Source of the DNA: a virus | Length of the DNA: 64,000 bases | Reading direction: 5' to 3' (one strand) | Virus record (IMG/VR): IMGVR_UViG_3300028377_000004 | Span: 63,575-127,574 of that record | Shown: in pieces, positions 44,963 to 54,736 of the stretch | Layout: the number at the start of each line of letters is the position of its first letter | How positions within the stretch are numbered: position 1 is the first letter of the stretch | Notes under the pieces: model-generated | Database searches by the model: none | Seen by the model: only the letters and a program-made list of their open reading frames with translations | Told to the model about the DNA's origin: nothing | Translations under genes and position numbers: made by a program

Positions 44963-45453
44963 AGTCTAAATACCTTTTCTTTTATTGCAGTAATAATTTT
45001 CCGTACCCAATGATCATTTGCCCTAGGGTCATAGGCATCCACTTTGCTGATAGGATATTCATTAGGCTCAGGGTAATCGTCTAAGATCACGATGAATGCA
45101 TATCCTTGGCGGAAAATTTCAATTACATCCTGTGGATCCCCTTCAAAACCAAAAGCAATCCTACAAGGTTTTTCGGGGTCCGTTACTTTCCGCAAGAATT
45201 TTAGAGCAGATGGGATGAAGAAAACGTTATGGAGTATCTTTCTACTAGCAGGTCCGATCTCACTGCTAATAACGTCCTCGGTTCCCAAGTAGATAATATT
45301 ATCCTTGGTATCATAACTCAAATGAGTAACGTCACCACCCACATTAGAACTAGGACATAGGATTCTCCAACCTCTATTACATCCGGTTCTGGCCGCAGAC
45401 AAAGGTTTCTCACCTAAGGTCTGGACCCTTTCAATAAATTCTTCATTTGTCAT
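44959..45453 (-). CDS. Hypothetical protein
   Basis: ATGA overlap with the topoisomerase stop codon (MTNEEF). Confidence 0.55.
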   Translation of the reverse strand: MTNEEFIERVQTLGEKPLSAARTGCNRGWRILCPSSNVGGDVTHLSYDTKDNIIYLGTEDVISSEIGPASRKILHNVFFIPSALKFLRKVTDPEKPCRIAFGFEGDPQDVIEIFRQGYAFIVILDDYPEPNEYPISKVDAYDPRANDHWVRKIITAIKEKVFRL

Positions 45454-47816
45454 TTCATTTCCACCGTTTCTCGAAGCCATTTAACATAAGTTCCTCTCTT
45501 GAGGGCACGAGTTCCTAGTTGACCACGGGCACCAATTCCATGTGTGGTGTGCCTCAAGTCATGGGTCGCTCCCCTATTCGTTTCAACGCTTAGGGACCCT
45601 CCTCTAGTCCCGCTAGACATTCCGAAAGCAAGGATAGAATCCCCTTTGGAGAGGGTGATCGTATTGACTCCTTTGCCGACTCCCTTGACATGCCTAATCT
45701 CTTCTGGCTCAAAGGACAAACAACGACCATCTCTAGTTACCAGAACTACATGGTCATCCTCGGACATTATAGCTTCTACATTCACAATTCTTTGGTCATC
45801 CTCTAGCCGCATAAAAGTACGCCCAACCGAAGTAGAGGGTTCGATATATTTAGAAACATCAAACCGGACTCCCGAACCATCCGTAGAGATAGCTACCATC
45901 TCTTCTTCTCCAGTGAGACAAGTTTTGTGCTGTGTGAAAGCAGCTATCACTTTTTCGCCGTTGTCAAAAGAGAAAAGACTTTGAATAGGCTCACCATAAC
46001 CCGTGGTATCGGGCAACTCATCTACCCTTTCTGTATAGACTTTCCCTTTGTTCGTAAAGAAAATAGCAACGTCACGGGTAGAAGCTGAGAGGACCCAGCC
46101 CAACTCATCATTATCCCGGACTCGCAGGGTAGAAAGGTCCGTATAGGATTTCTGACGGCGAATCCAACCCTGGCGAGACAAAACACAGTGAACATCTACT
46201 TCTTCGATGTAAAGAGACTCGTCATACTCGAAAGTACGCAGGTCTTCTGCGATGGTAGTCCTTCTGCCATCCCCATATTCCTTTTTCAACGTCTTTAATT
46301 CATCAATCAAAACCTGTTTCAGTGAATCATCGTCCGCTAAAAGATCTTCGATTTCTTTGGACCGTGCTTTCTTTTCTTTTAGTTCTTCTTTGACACCTTC
46401 GATCTCATAAGAAGCAAGACGATAGATTTTCGTGTCCAAAACATGATTTGCCTGATCCTCATCGATCTTAAAGTGATCCATCAGAAGAGTACAAGCTTCT
46501 CCCTTGGACTTGGAGATCATAACCAAATCTACTGCTTTTTGCGCGTCGCTTAGTACCGTGATAAATCCATCCAGAATATGGATCCTCTCTTTTAGTCCTC
46601 CCAGTTCATACTCCAACCTTCGGGTGATGACACTAACTCGAAAGTCCAGAAACTCTTGAAGCATTTCTTTAAGGCTTAAACGCTTCGGAATTACCCTGCC
46701 CTCATTGTCGGGGTCGGGAATTAAACAGGTCATATTAACATGAAACCCGCTCTGTAATGGAGTGTATTTGAGAAGATAGGCCATTACCGCATCAATATTG
46801 GAACCTTTTTTCAGTTCGAGTACCACCCTAATTTCTTTGGTAGACTCATCTCTGATATCAACAACCTGGGGAATCTCCCCATCCACTATATGCTGTGCGA
46901 TTTTCTCGACTAAGTTTTGTTTGGCCACTGCATAAGGGATCTCAGTGATTACCAGATAGGATGTTCGACCTTTCTTTTCGGTGTGCCACTTGGACCGAAT
47001 CGTTACTGTACCTTTTCCTGTTTCATAGATCTCTTCTATTTCTTCGGGGCCCTCCATGATGTTGCCACCCGTTGGGAAGTCGGGACCAATAAGATGGTTT
47101 CTAACCAGTGTTGCATCCCTTCTAGAAGGGTTTCTAAGAAGGTCTACAGCAGCGTCGCACACGTTATCTATGTTATGGGGAGGAATATTCGTAGCCATCC
47201 CCACAGCGATTCCTGTGGCACCATTAATAAGAAGCAAGGGCAGTGAGAAAGGCAAGACCTCGGGTTCCATCGCAGTATTGTCAAAAGTAGGTCCAAAATG
47301 AACCGCCTCTTTTCTAATATCTTCCATTAGGTCGCTCATTACAGGCTGCAACCTAGCTTCTGTATATCGGTATGCCGCTGCATTATCCCCGTCTACTGAC
47401 CCAAAGTTGCCATGACCATCGACCAGTGGTAAACGAACCGACCATGGTTGCGCCATCCTAACCATTGCTTCATAGCACGCACTATCACCGTGAGGATGGT
47501 ACTTCGCTAGGACGGCTCCCACGACAGCAGCACTTTTTCTGTGCTTTTTATTAGAGGTCAATCTCAAGTCTTCGTGCATCGCATAAAGGATGCGACGTTG
47601 CACAGGTTTCAGGCCATCCCTCACATCGGGCAGGGCTCTACTAGTGATCACGCTCATCGCATAGTTGAGATAACGAGAGGTCGCTAACTCGTGAAGGGGC
47701 TTCTTCAAGTCTTTAGATTTCTTTGACAATTTTACAGCCTTTTGGGTCTGGGAATCTTTAGAGATTTTTGTTTCTTCGTTAGATTTTTTTTCTGAAAACT
47801 GGTCTAACAGGGACAT
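45450..47816 (-). CDS. gyrA: Type IIA DNA topoisomerase subunit A (GyrA/ParC family; no GyrA-box, so ParC-like)
   Basis: [49 protein letters not shown] (catalytic Tyr), [14 protein letters not shown], and C-terminal beta-pinwheel blades. Confidence 0.93.
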   Translation of the reverse strand: MSLLDQFSEKKSNEETKISKDSQTQKAVKLSKKSKDLKKPLHELATSRYLNYAMSVITSRALPDVRDGLKPVQRRILYAMHEDLRLTSNKKHRKSAAVVGAVLAKYHPHGDSACYEAMVRMAQPWSVRLPLVDGHGNFGSVDGDNAAAYRYTEARLQPVMSDLMEDIRKEAVHFGPTFDNTAMEPEVLPFSLPLLLINGATGIAVGMATNIPPHNIDNVCDAAVDLLRNPSRRDATLVRNHLIGPDFPTGGNIMEGPEEIEEIYETGKGTVTIRSKWHTEKKGRTSYLVITEIPYAVAKQNLVEKIAQHIVDGEIPQVVDIRDESTKEIRVVLELKKGSNIDAVMAYLLKYTPLQSGFHVNMTCLIPDPDNEGRVIPKRLSLKEMLQEFLDFRVSVITRRLEYELGGLKERIHILDGFITVLSDAQKAVDLVMISKSKGEACTLLMDHFKIDEDQANHVLDTKIYRLASYEIEGVKEELKEKKARSKEIEDLLADDDSLKQVLIDELKTLKKEYGDGRRTTIAEDLRTFEYDESLYIEEVDVHCVLSRQGWIRRQKSYTDLSTLRVRDNDELGWVLSASTRDVAIFFTNKGKVYTERVDELPDTTGYGEPIQSLFSFDNGEKVIAAFTQHKTCLTGEEEMVAISTDGSGVRFDVSKYIEPSTSVGRTFMRLEDDQRIVNVEAIMSEDDHVVLVTRDGRCLSFEPEEIRHVKGVGKGVNTITLSKGDSILAFGMSSGTRGGSLSVETNRGATHDLRHTTHGIGARGQLGTRALKRGTYVKWLRETVEMK

Positions 47817-47893
47817 AAGAGGCTCCAGCCTGAAATTTATTTGGTAATCTTATAATAATTACAGGATCTTGGAGTCCTGTAAAACACACTACT

Positions 47894-48667
47894 ATGAGGT
47901 ATCAACTGATGGATAGGAAAAAGAATTTCATAAAAACACTAGGAACACTCGTCATAACAGCATTTATTTTTACTTCATGTGCGTATGTTCCGCAAGAAGA
48001 AACTCCCTGTTGTGAGACAGAGAATCCGGCTTTTGCAGAGTCTCAATATCCTCTTTCATCCTTTGTAAAATTGAACCTTTATCTAGATGAAACTCTCATT
48101 AGTTCGGGATCTGGATCTGTCATCGACCAAGACGACGAAGCTTCTTATGTGCTCACCGCTGCCCATGTATGCCAAAACCGAAGATTCCTGATGGGAGCTT
48201 TACTAGAAAACAAAGAATTAAACCTCGAAGTTGCAGATGTCGACGGGGAATTATACCAAGCCAATCCTTATTCTGTCAACCATAAAGAGGATCTTTGTAT
48301 TATGAGAGTTCCCGGAATGGAGCGTCCTCCCCTCAAAATGGCTTCGAGTGGACCAATAGTTGGAGACACCTATCATAATATGGCAAGTCCTCTAGGTATT
48401 GCACAGAAAAAAGCAATTCCGATTTTTACAGGTATCTATTCTGGAGAGTTTCAGTTCACTAAAGAACATCCCATTCATGATCTATACACCATTCCTGCGG
48501 AAGGAGGATCTTCTGGATCCGCTATCATGAATGAGAATAATGAAGTAGTAGGTATAATAGTTATCGGATTTAGATCCCTTGAAACAGCTTCAATAAGCCC
48601 TACTTATATACAGACCAAGACCTTTGTGGAGGAAACCCTTGCTCATCTCCATGAAGAGGGAGAGTGA
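47894..48667 (+). CDS. Trypsin-like serine protease with lipoprotein signal
   Basis: VLTAAHVC (His), EDLC (Asp), GGSSGS (Ser); hydrophobic leader ending FTSC. Confidence 0.85.
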   Translation: MRYQLMDRKKNFIKTLGTLVITAFIFTSCAYVPQEETPCCETENPAFAESQYPLSSFVKLNLYLDETLISSGSGSVIDQDDEASYVLTAAHVCQNRRFLMGALLENKELNLEVADVDGELYQANPYSVNHKEDLCIMRVPGMERPPLKMASSGPIVGDTYHNMASPLGIAQKKAIPIFTGIYSGEFQFTKEHPIHDLYTIPAEGGSSGSAIMNENNEVVGIIVIGFRSLETASISPTYIQTKTFVEETLAHLHEEGE

Positions 48668-48684
48668 AAATAGACCTGTAAAAG

Positions 48685-48728
48685 AAAAAGCCACACTCAC
48701 CCTCAGTTACGGAAAGTGTGGCTTTTTT
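48685..48728. terminator. Bidirectional rho-independent terminator
   Basis: AAAAAGCCACACT...AGTGTGGCTTTTTT between convergent genes. Confidence 0.75.
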
Positions 48729-48730
48729 CG

Positions 48731-49282
48731 TTAACCCCTCACATCTCTGCGAACATAGTCAATATAGGTATGGGTTTCGTGTGGCTCTACGCACGAAGCC
48801 GCCCAAGTATCATCATCAATCTCAGGATAGAAAGTGTCACCATCTTTTACTTCTTTATGTACTAGGGTTAGTCGAAGTTCATCTGTAATATCAAGGGTTT
48901 CCTCATAGATACCCCCTCCACCAATAATATAAACCTCATTGGCATCCTCACAGAGAGATATTGCTTCTCCGATCTCATTGGCAATTGCCAGTTCAGTGAG
49001 ATGTCCTTTGGTCCGACTAACGTTTTTAATTCCGTCCCGTTTATTGCAGAGAGTGAAACCATCCCGTGTTAAAGAAGAGGATGAAGTTAGGATAATATTA
49101 CGACGGTTAGGAAGGGGGGCATATTTTCCCATAGATTCAAAAGTAAGACGTCCCATGATTACCGCATGTCCTACCGTAATTTCTTTGAACCTTCTTAAAT
49201 CCTCTCGTATTTGCCAGGGGATTTTTCCTTTACGGCCAATAACGTGATTTTCCGATAGAGCAGCAACGTGATAAATTTTCAT
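48731..49282 (-). CDS. folA: Dihydrofolate reductase
   Basis: VIGRKGKIPW.IREDLRRFKEIT.GHAVIMGRLTFESM..PLPNRRNIILT, VYIIGGGGIY and GDTFYPEID. Confidence 0.95.
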   Translation of the reverse strand: MKIYHVAALSENHVIGRKGKIPWQIREDLRRFKEITVGHAVIMGRLTFESMGKYAPLPNRRNIILTSSSSLTRDGFTLCNKRDGIKNVSRTKGHLTELAIANEIGEAISLCEDANEVYIIGGGGIYEETLDITDELRLTLVHKEVKDGDTFYPEIDDDTWAASCVEPHETHTYIDYVRRDVRG

Positions 49283-49294
49283 AATTATACTTCC

Positions 49295-49765
49295 TTAATT
49301 GAGATAATCTTCGGATGAGAAAAGAGATGACGGTGGCGGCAGATCAACACCTTCCGTTTCATCTTTCAAGACTCGCCCTCCTTCTTCTTCACTTTCCTTC
49401 TTTTCATTCGGATTGGATCTACCCACCATCTCCCCACGACCGCCCTTTTTATTAGGGTTATTAGACCTCCCTTTCGTAGAGAAAGGGATTAGATCCGAAG
49501 CGTCTAAATCTCCTCCCAAGGCTTCCTCCATCGCAGTTCTCAAAGTATCTTTGAGGTCTTCCCCATCTTCCGCTACCATCAACCCTTCTTCGATCTGGAA
49601 GTCTATACTTTGTAAGAATCCAGTGATCAAATCCTCGGTGAACATGGCCAAGAAAGCTTCTCGATATGTCTCAGTATCGGGGAGACCATAAGTTTTCAAT
49701 CCTTCTTGGTACAGAGCTTCCATGTAAATTGCGGCTGCTATTGAAGCTAACTCATTCATTTTCAA
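49295..49765 (-). CDS. Hypothetical acidic protein (156 aa)
   Basis: AGAGG RBS; downstream of a TTGACA promoter. Confidence 0.55.
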   Translation of the reverse strand: MKMNELASIAAAIYMEALYQEGLKTYGLPDTETYREAFLAMFTEDLITGFLQSIDFQIEEGLMVAEDGEDLKDTLRTAMEEALGGDLDASDLIPFSTKGRSNNPNKKGGRGEMVGRSNPNEKKESEEEGGRVLKDETEGVDLPPPSSLFSSEDYLN

Positions 49766-49806
49766 TCCTCTACTACGTTAAATTAATTATCACCATCATC
49801 TAAGTA

Positions 49807-49835
49807 TTCTTACCCTAGATGATTTAAAATGTCAA
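49807..49835 (-). promoter_or_regulatory. Sigma70-like promoter (TTGACA-17-TAAGAA)
   Basis: Perfect -35 element, 17-bp spacer, weak -10. Confidence 0.4.
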
Positions 49836-49981
49836 TCCTCTTCCATTCGTTTTAGAAGCTCTTTACAAAGTCTGATCTTATCCTGATCCGCTAGTAGACC
49901 TGTTAGAGTATTCACTAGTTCTTCTTTTTTTAAAATCTCTTTGATCTCTTGTTTACTAATTAGGGGGATTCTATCACTCAT
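49832..49981 (-). CDS. Small hypothetical protein (49 aa)
   Basis: MSDRIPLISKQEIKEILKKEELVNTLTGLLADQDKIRLCKELLKRMEED; AAGGA RBS. Confidence 0.5.
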   Translation of the reverse strand: MSDRIPLISKQEIKEILKKEELVNTLTGLLADQDKIRLCKELLKRMEED

Positions 49982-50004
49982 TATTTAATGTTCCTTTTTA
50001 AAAA

Positions 50005-50937
50005 TTAGACTGCAATTGGGGCTTTTATTCCGGGATGGTATTTATAATCTACTAACTCTATATCCTCGGAGGTAAGATCATCTATCGTTTTGATCGAACT
50101 ATTCAACTGGAGGGTAGGCAAAGCCATAGGCTCTCTACTCAGTTGCTCTTTGACCTGGTCAAAATGATTCTGGTAGATATGAAGGTCTCCAAAAGAATGT
50201 ACTAGTTCTCCAGGTTGGAATCCACATATTTGCGCCATTACGTGCGTAAACAGAGAATAGAAACTAATATTAAAGGGAACTCCCAAAAAAACGTCCGCAC
50301 TTCTTTGATACATTTGACAATCTAAATACTCAAGGGGGATACCATAGAGTGAAGAGGCTTTCTGTCTTATTGAAGCATTTTCAGGACACGTTACTGCATT
50401 CTGACCGCGCTTCTTTTTCCTCGCCTCATCCATCATTGAGAGAAGCGTATGATCGGGAATAGGTCTGACATAAAATTGAATTACAGTGCCATGACAGCAA
50501 GGCAGGGTCGTTCTTCGCATGTCTGCGGGGTTCCACAAGGACAGAACATGACGGCGGCTATCTGGATTAGTCTGAAGAGTCTCAATCACTTCCTGGACCT
50601 GATCTATCGTGTTATTACCCTCATGATCCAAATGTGATCGGAACTGACGACCATACCCTTCCCCAATGGTACCATCATCCCCCTTCCAAGCCGACCAGAA
50701 ATTTACTCCCCGATCTTCAAGTTCCCTAACGTCTGTAGACCCCCTTACTACCATCCAGAGAAATTCTTCGACAACTCCTTTCCAGTATATCCGTTTCGTA
50801 GTTACAATGGGAAAGCCTTTCTGCAAATCATACCGGTTCTGATACCCGAAAACGCTACGAGTGCCTGTGCCGGTCCTGTCGCCCCCGTCAGTGCCCGTCT
50901 CTAACACATGTTCTAACATTTCTAAATACGTTTTCAT
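50005..50937 (-). CDS. thyA: Thymidylate synthase
   Basis: DRTGTGT, FPIVTTKR, YGRQFR, PDSRRHVLSLWNP, LPCCH (catalytic Cys), YQRSADVFLGVPFNI and GDLHIYQNH. Confidence 0.97.
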   Translation of the reverse strand: MKTYLEMLEHVLETGTDGGDRTGTGTRSVFGYQNRYDLQKGFPIVTTKRIYWKGVVEEFLWMVVRGSTDVRELEDRGVNFWSAWKGDDGTIGEGYGRQFRSHLDHEGNNTIDQVQEVIETLQTNPDSRRHVLSLWNPADMRRTTLPCCHGTVIQFYVRPIPDHTLLSMMDEARKKKRGQNAVTCPENASIRQKASSLYGIPLEYLDCQMYQRSADVFLGVPFNISFYSLFTHVMAQICGFQPGELVHSFGDLHIYQNHFDQVKEQLSREPMALPTLQLNSSIKTIDDLTSEDIELVDYKYHPGIKAPIAV

Positions 50938-51011
50938 TATACACTCTTCAAAGTAAAAGGGTCTTGGACTTTATGAACATTTGAAAGGAAAAACATAATT
51001 CCTACTCACAC

Positions 51012-51042
51012 AAAAACCGCCTCTCCCTTTCGAGAGAAGCGG
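51012..51042 (-). terminator. Rho-independent terminator
   Basis: Minus strand CCGCTTCTCTCGAAAGGGAGAGGCGG followed by TTTTT. Confidence 0.7.
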
Positions 51043-51081
51043 CTAGTTTCAACCTAATGAAAAATATTGGGTTCTACCTTC

Positions 51082-51456
51082 TTATTTATCCTTATCTTCA
51101 TCCTCTGCGCCGAAATCCAAAAGGGAATCAGACTCGCATCTAGGACATAAGTAGAACGCAGGTTCACTATCCTGATATTCATACAGACAGTGAATTTTTT
51201 CATGCTCTTCTATATGCCGATGGCATTGTAAGCAAGTGCCATCTTGTAAAGACTCTGAAGTTTCATCAAATTTTAAATTGGTTTCAAAAAAAGAATTCGC
51301 ATCAAATGGATCTTCAAATCCAACATATTCCTGAGAAGAGATCTCTCCAACTAAAACATTAGCCCATAGGAGACCTTTGCTCTCTCTAATGGCATCGTGT
51401 ACTAGACGATGAACGTCTGGGGTCAAAGTGTCTATATTCAAAGATCTAGCTGACAT
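51082..51456 (-). CDS. Zinc-finger protein (CxxC...CxxC)
   Basis: CLQC...CPRC; start reassigned to MSARSL behind AAGGAG. Confidence 0.6.
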   Translation of the reverse strand: MSARSLNIDTLTPDVHRLVHDAIRESKGLLWANVLVGEISSQEYVGFEDPFDANSFFETNLKFDETSESLQDGTCLQCHRHIEEHEKIHCLYEYQDSEPAFYLCPRCESDSLLDFGAEDEDKDK

Positions 51457-51530
51457 AGAATTCTCCTTAAGAGTAGATAGTGGTCCTAAAATGGATCCAA
51501 TTAGTATGAAATACAAAAAGGTTATCCATT

Positions 51531-51692
51531 TTAAGAAGCATCTTCTCTCTTAGACGGGTTCTCTGCCCCCTCTTCTCGTCTTTTGTGGAGTTTCTGTAAA
51601 ATAATACGAGCAGCATGGCGTAGTTCTGCGTCTTCTACGCCAAGTCGGATAAGTTTTAAAAAGAACTCATCACTAAGAAAATCGTCAGACAT
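51531..51692 (-). CDS. 53-aa mini-protein consisting mainly of the LIxLG..ELR motif
   Basis: MSDDFLSDEFFLKLIRLGVEDAELRHAARIILQKLHKRREEGAENPSKREDAS; GGAG RBS; not in the ORF track. Confidence 0.6.
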   Translation of the reverse strand: MSDDFLSDEFFLKLIRLGVEDAELRHAARIILQKLHKRREEGAENPSKREDAS

Positions 51693-51735
51693 AATAAAAC
51701 TCCGTTAGATGGTAAATATCTAATAGAGCTAATTA

Positions 51736-52182
51736 TCAAAACTTTACGGATTCAGAAACCAGATCCCAAAGCTTTTTAACATAGGATGTTTGTGGATAGT
51801 GCGATCTTCGGAGTGCGGATTCCAGAAATATATCAGACCAATCACTAGGTATTTTTTCTAGGTGTGGAGCCGCTGCTTCTAGGAAATCTTCTGCTTCATT
51901 TCCAATTTCTAGCAAAGGCGCTAGTGCCAATAGAGTTTCAGATCGATATAAAGAATACTCCAGGTCCTCGGGCCTGTCGTCGTGAACACCATTCTTAATG
52001 TCGGTTAGGATACCTTTCCAGTCAAAGGCTTGTGAGAGAGCTAGGACTATAGATGGGTCTACCTGTTGAAAAACACTTTCAGCCCTTAATAGACTTTTTT
52101 CTAAATCAGAAATAGCCTCTACTTCTAGCCGTCCAAAAGAAATAGCCCTTGCTAACCACCATAACTTATGGTCTCCGCATCG
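51736..52182 (-). CDS. Hypothetical protein; 149-codon open frame without a canonical start, possibly frameshifted
   Basis: Frame is open from 52182, but the first TTG start is only at 51930. Confidence 0.4.
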   Translation of the reverse strand, partial: RCGDHKLWWLARAISFGRLEVEAISDLEKSLLRAESVFQQVDPSIVLALSQAFDWKGILTDIKNGVHDDRPEDLEYSLYRSETLLALAPLLEIGNEAEDFLEAAAPHLEKIPSDWSDIFLESALRRSHYPQTSYVKKLWDLVSESVKF

Positions 52183-52370
52183 TCATAGGAAATACCTAGG
52201 TCGGGGTGTTCTTGTCTTTCCATAATATCTGCAAGGTCGGGATTTAGGGATCGAAGTTTTCCCATATCTAAAAGAGAAATAGAAGCTGAGTCGTTGTCAA
52301 CTCCAGTCAAAATTTCTTGAATGGCCCAGACTTCCCCTACTGCACTAGTTGTAATTTTGGTTTCCGTCAT
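52152..52370 (-). CDS. Hypothetical protein (72 aa)
   Basis: ORF track; operon packing. Confidence 0.45.
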   Translation of the reverse strand: MTETKITTSAVGEVWAIQEILTGVDNDSASISLLDMGKLRSLNPDLADIMERQEHPDLGISYDDAETISYGG

Positions 52371-52384
52371 ATCGTTGCCCGTGT

Positions 52385-52588
52385 TTAGTAATCGCAGTTG
52401 TCCGAAAATTCAGAAGACCAACCTTCCTCGTCTGAAAGGTCATCGTATAAATTGACCTCTTCACGATACCGATCCAGCGCTTCTTCATTCCTCTGCGGCT
52501 TCGGTTGAGACTTCAACTTTCTTATAGCTCTGATAGCGAATCTCAGTCGTCCCAGCTTTTCTTCGAGTTCTTCTTGTGTTATTTTCAT
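52385..52588 (-). CDS. Hypothetical protein (67 aa)
   Basis: AAAGGA RBS; operon packing. Confidence 0.55.
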   Translation of the reverse strand: MKITQEELEEKLGRLRFAIRAIRKLKSQPKPQRNEEALDRYREEVNLYDDLSDEEGWSSEFSDNCDY

Positions 52589-52591
52589 TTT

Positions 52592-52978
52592 TCAGTTTCC
52601 TTTCTTGATAGAATTTCGAGCTTCGTCAAATGAGATCTTTCGGAACCCTTGGTGGGCTTTCATTTTATCAAGAAGAAGGGACAGAGTTTCCAGGCCCTCT
52701 TCAGAGAACTCATCAAGGAATGGAATTCGGAGGACAGCATCCTCTTCATTTTCAAGAGTCATTCCAATGGCAGGTTCATCTTGAAAATAAAACGAACAAT
52801 GGATTTTATCCATTTCGGGAGCATACGCATGGAAATTATAAATTCCCATTCTATGCCAGTAATTTCCCGCTCGCAGATTCTCATCGATCTCCGGCAGACC
52901 CGAGTCGGTTTTGACAGAGTTACCGGGAACATCCATAACTCCAGTTAAATACTGCATGAGGGGGTGCATGTGATTCAT
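52592..52978 (-). CDS. Hypothetical protein (128 aa)
   Basis: AGGAG RBS; ATGA-coupled to the upstream small ORF. Confidence 0.55.
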   Translation of the reverse strand: MNHMHPLMQYLTGVMDVPGNSVKTDSGLPEIDENLRAGNYWHRMGIYNFHAYAPEMDKIHCSFYFQDEPAIGMTLENEEDAVLRIPFLDEFSEEGLETLSLLLDKMKAHQGFRKISFDEARNSIKKGN

Positions 52979-53091
52979 CGTCCACTCCTTTCGTTCTCAA
53001 TCATTTGGTCGCCAAGGCGCTCAATAGCGCTTCCTACATGCCAGAGAATAAATCCTCCAACTATAAAAGTCAAGCACAGTAGATAACACAT
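52975..53091 (-). CDS. Small membrane peptide (38 aa)
   Basis: MCYLLCLTFIVGGFILWHVGSAIERLGDQMIENERSGR; AAGGA RBS; first gene after promoter copy B. Confidence 0.45.
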   Translation of the reverse strand: MCYLLCLTFIVGGFILWHVGSAIERLGDQMIENERSGR

Positions 53092-53130
53092 GAGGGTTCC
53101 TTTTGAAAGTGTTTCTTCTCTTCTTACACT

Positions 53131-53161
53131 CTATATACCCTGGTTGATCAGGAATTACAAA
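53131..53161 (-). promoter_or_regulatory. Conserved promoter-like motif, copy B (TTTGTAATT-N9-CCAGGGTATATAG)
   Basis: Identical spacing to copies A and C. Confidence 0.6.
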
Positions 53162-53274
53162 AGTTTTTCAATTATTCTTTTATTTTCTCTAGCACGTTAG
53201 CTTTATCACCTTTCTACCAATGAGGTTTTTTGAGATGACTCAAAACCCTATTTTAACGTACTGGAGATTATATT

Positions 53275-53688
53275 ATGAACACCGAAAAAACCTGCTATTT
53301 AACACGTCTTAGTCACACCGATCATGACGATCTTTTTCAAGGACTTTCCATGTCCCTTTCTGATATGGGAGTGACCCCCACGGGAATTTACCTAAATGGA
53401 AACCGTGAACTTATCTTTGATTTTGAATACAAAGGAAACATTACCGCTATATGTTTCCAAGCCATTCTGGACCTGAGATGGCGAAGGTTTTACTTTCTCA
53501 AACAAATATCGGCTCCCCTTACCTTTGGAACATCCTCGTTCCTAGAATCTCCTTTTCTCACTGAAAGGGAATTCATTACTGAAATAAAAACCCTAGAAGA
53601 TACCTCAGATTTCTCTAAAATTTCGACAGAAAAAATCGAAATTAATGAAGAAGATTTTCGATACGTGCTCAGTCGTATTGGAGCGTAG
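53275..53688 (+). CDS. Hypothetical protein (137 aa)
   Basis: GGAG RBS; lone + strand gene. Confidence 0.55.
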   Translation: MNTEKTCYLTRLSHTDHDDLFQGLSMSLSDMGVTPTGIYLNGNRELIFDFEYKGNITAICFQAILDLRWRRFYFLKQISAPLTFGTSSFLESPFLTEREFITEIKTLEDTSDFSKISTEKIEINEEDFRYVLSRIGA

Positions 53689-54097
53689 AACTACGACTCA
53701 GCATAGTGTGAAATTCCTCTATATTATGGTCTGCATAGATGAAAGATACCAGACCATAAACCGCTTCCTTAAGAGTATCTGCAAAGAAAGCCGGGGGCTC
53801 TTCCATAAATTCTGAATAGGAATACATCAAAAGGGTAAGAGATGAACATCTATCCTCATAAGACTGATCCTCTACGGGGTAATCCAGAGGAATGCAATTC
53901 GCGGAGAATGTACCCTTATCTCTTCTAGAACTTATCACATATTGATAATTCTTATAGTCGAAAACGATACCCCACTGTTTAGATATCACAACAGATCCAG
54001 GTAAGTATTTTTTGATAAATCCAGTGGGGGAGATATTAGAGAGGGTATGAGAAACGTCGGGGTGAAGAATATGTTTAGTAGCTAGAATAGAAGACAT
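53669..54097 (-). CDS. Hypothetical protein (142 aa)
   Basis: Abuts the upstream gene. Confidence 0.5.
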   Translation of the reverse strand: MSSILATKHILHPDVSHTLSNISPTGFIKKYLPGSVVISKQWGIVFDYKNYQYVISSRRDKGTFSANCIPLDYPVEDQSYEDRCSSLTLLMYSYSEFMEEPPAFFADTLKEAVYGLVSFIYADHNIEEFHTMLSRSSTLQYD

Positions 54098-54706
54098 CTA
54101 AAAGTATCCGTAAAAAATCTGCTTTAAGGCCATTCCTGCGCCTGTAAGGGTCTTTGAATAAGAATCGGAGTCCTCGGTCCACGTTCGTCCTTTAAACCCT
54201 ACACGAGCAATATAACGTCCTTCTGCGAAGTTATATCCAATTACGGCTAGAGGATTTGAGGTACTTTTAGTGTGACCTTCAAACTTTAACCCCATAACTG
54301 CCACTTCCTCGATCTCATTCCATCGCCAAAAGCTAGGAATAGCTACTATGGGTTTCTCTGCAAATATCCGTTTACACTGTCCTAAAAAATCCTCGTGCAT
54401 ATTGCCAAGGACATATTTACGGTATAAAAAGATAGCCTCTTTAAAAAGATCATTGGGATCGTCTATTTTGGGTCCATTCAAACGATCCCAACCTTGATTT
54501 CCAAGGACGATAGAAGTATCTAACTCTATCGTAAAAGTTTGGTTTTTCATGGATTTGACTATAAAAGTCTGTACGCCATATCCAATACAAAACCGTTCTT
54601 CCCAACACGGGTCATTGACCTCTTTTTTGAACTCTATTATCCTGAGATAAGGAACATCAAAAAGGCTATTAGTTTTTGTTATGTTTTGGAGGGTCACTTT
54701 ATTCAT
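54098..54706 (-). CDS. Hypothetical protein, paralog family member (202 aa)
   Basis: Shares N- and C-terminal patterns with 57200..57790 and 57783..58457. Confidence 0.55.
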   Translation of the reverse strand: MNKVTLQNITKTNSLFDVPYLRIIEFKKEVNDPCWEERFCIGYGVQTFIVKSMKNQTFTIELDTSIVLGNQGWDRLNGPKIDDPNDLFKEAIFLYRKYVLGNMHEDFLGQCKRIFAEKPIVAIPSFWRWNEIEEVAVMGLKFEGHTKSTSNPLAVIGYNFAEGRYIARVGFKGRTWTEDSDSYSKTLTGAGMALKQIFYGYF

Positions 54707-54736
54707 ATCGTCATCGTCGAAGGCGAAATCGTTAGT

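Noticed and set aside
50005-50937. dCMP hydroxymethylase or other base-modification enzyme
   Set aside because: It retains the Asn of the VPFNI motif that specifies dUMP and sits near DHFR, consistent with ordinary ThyA
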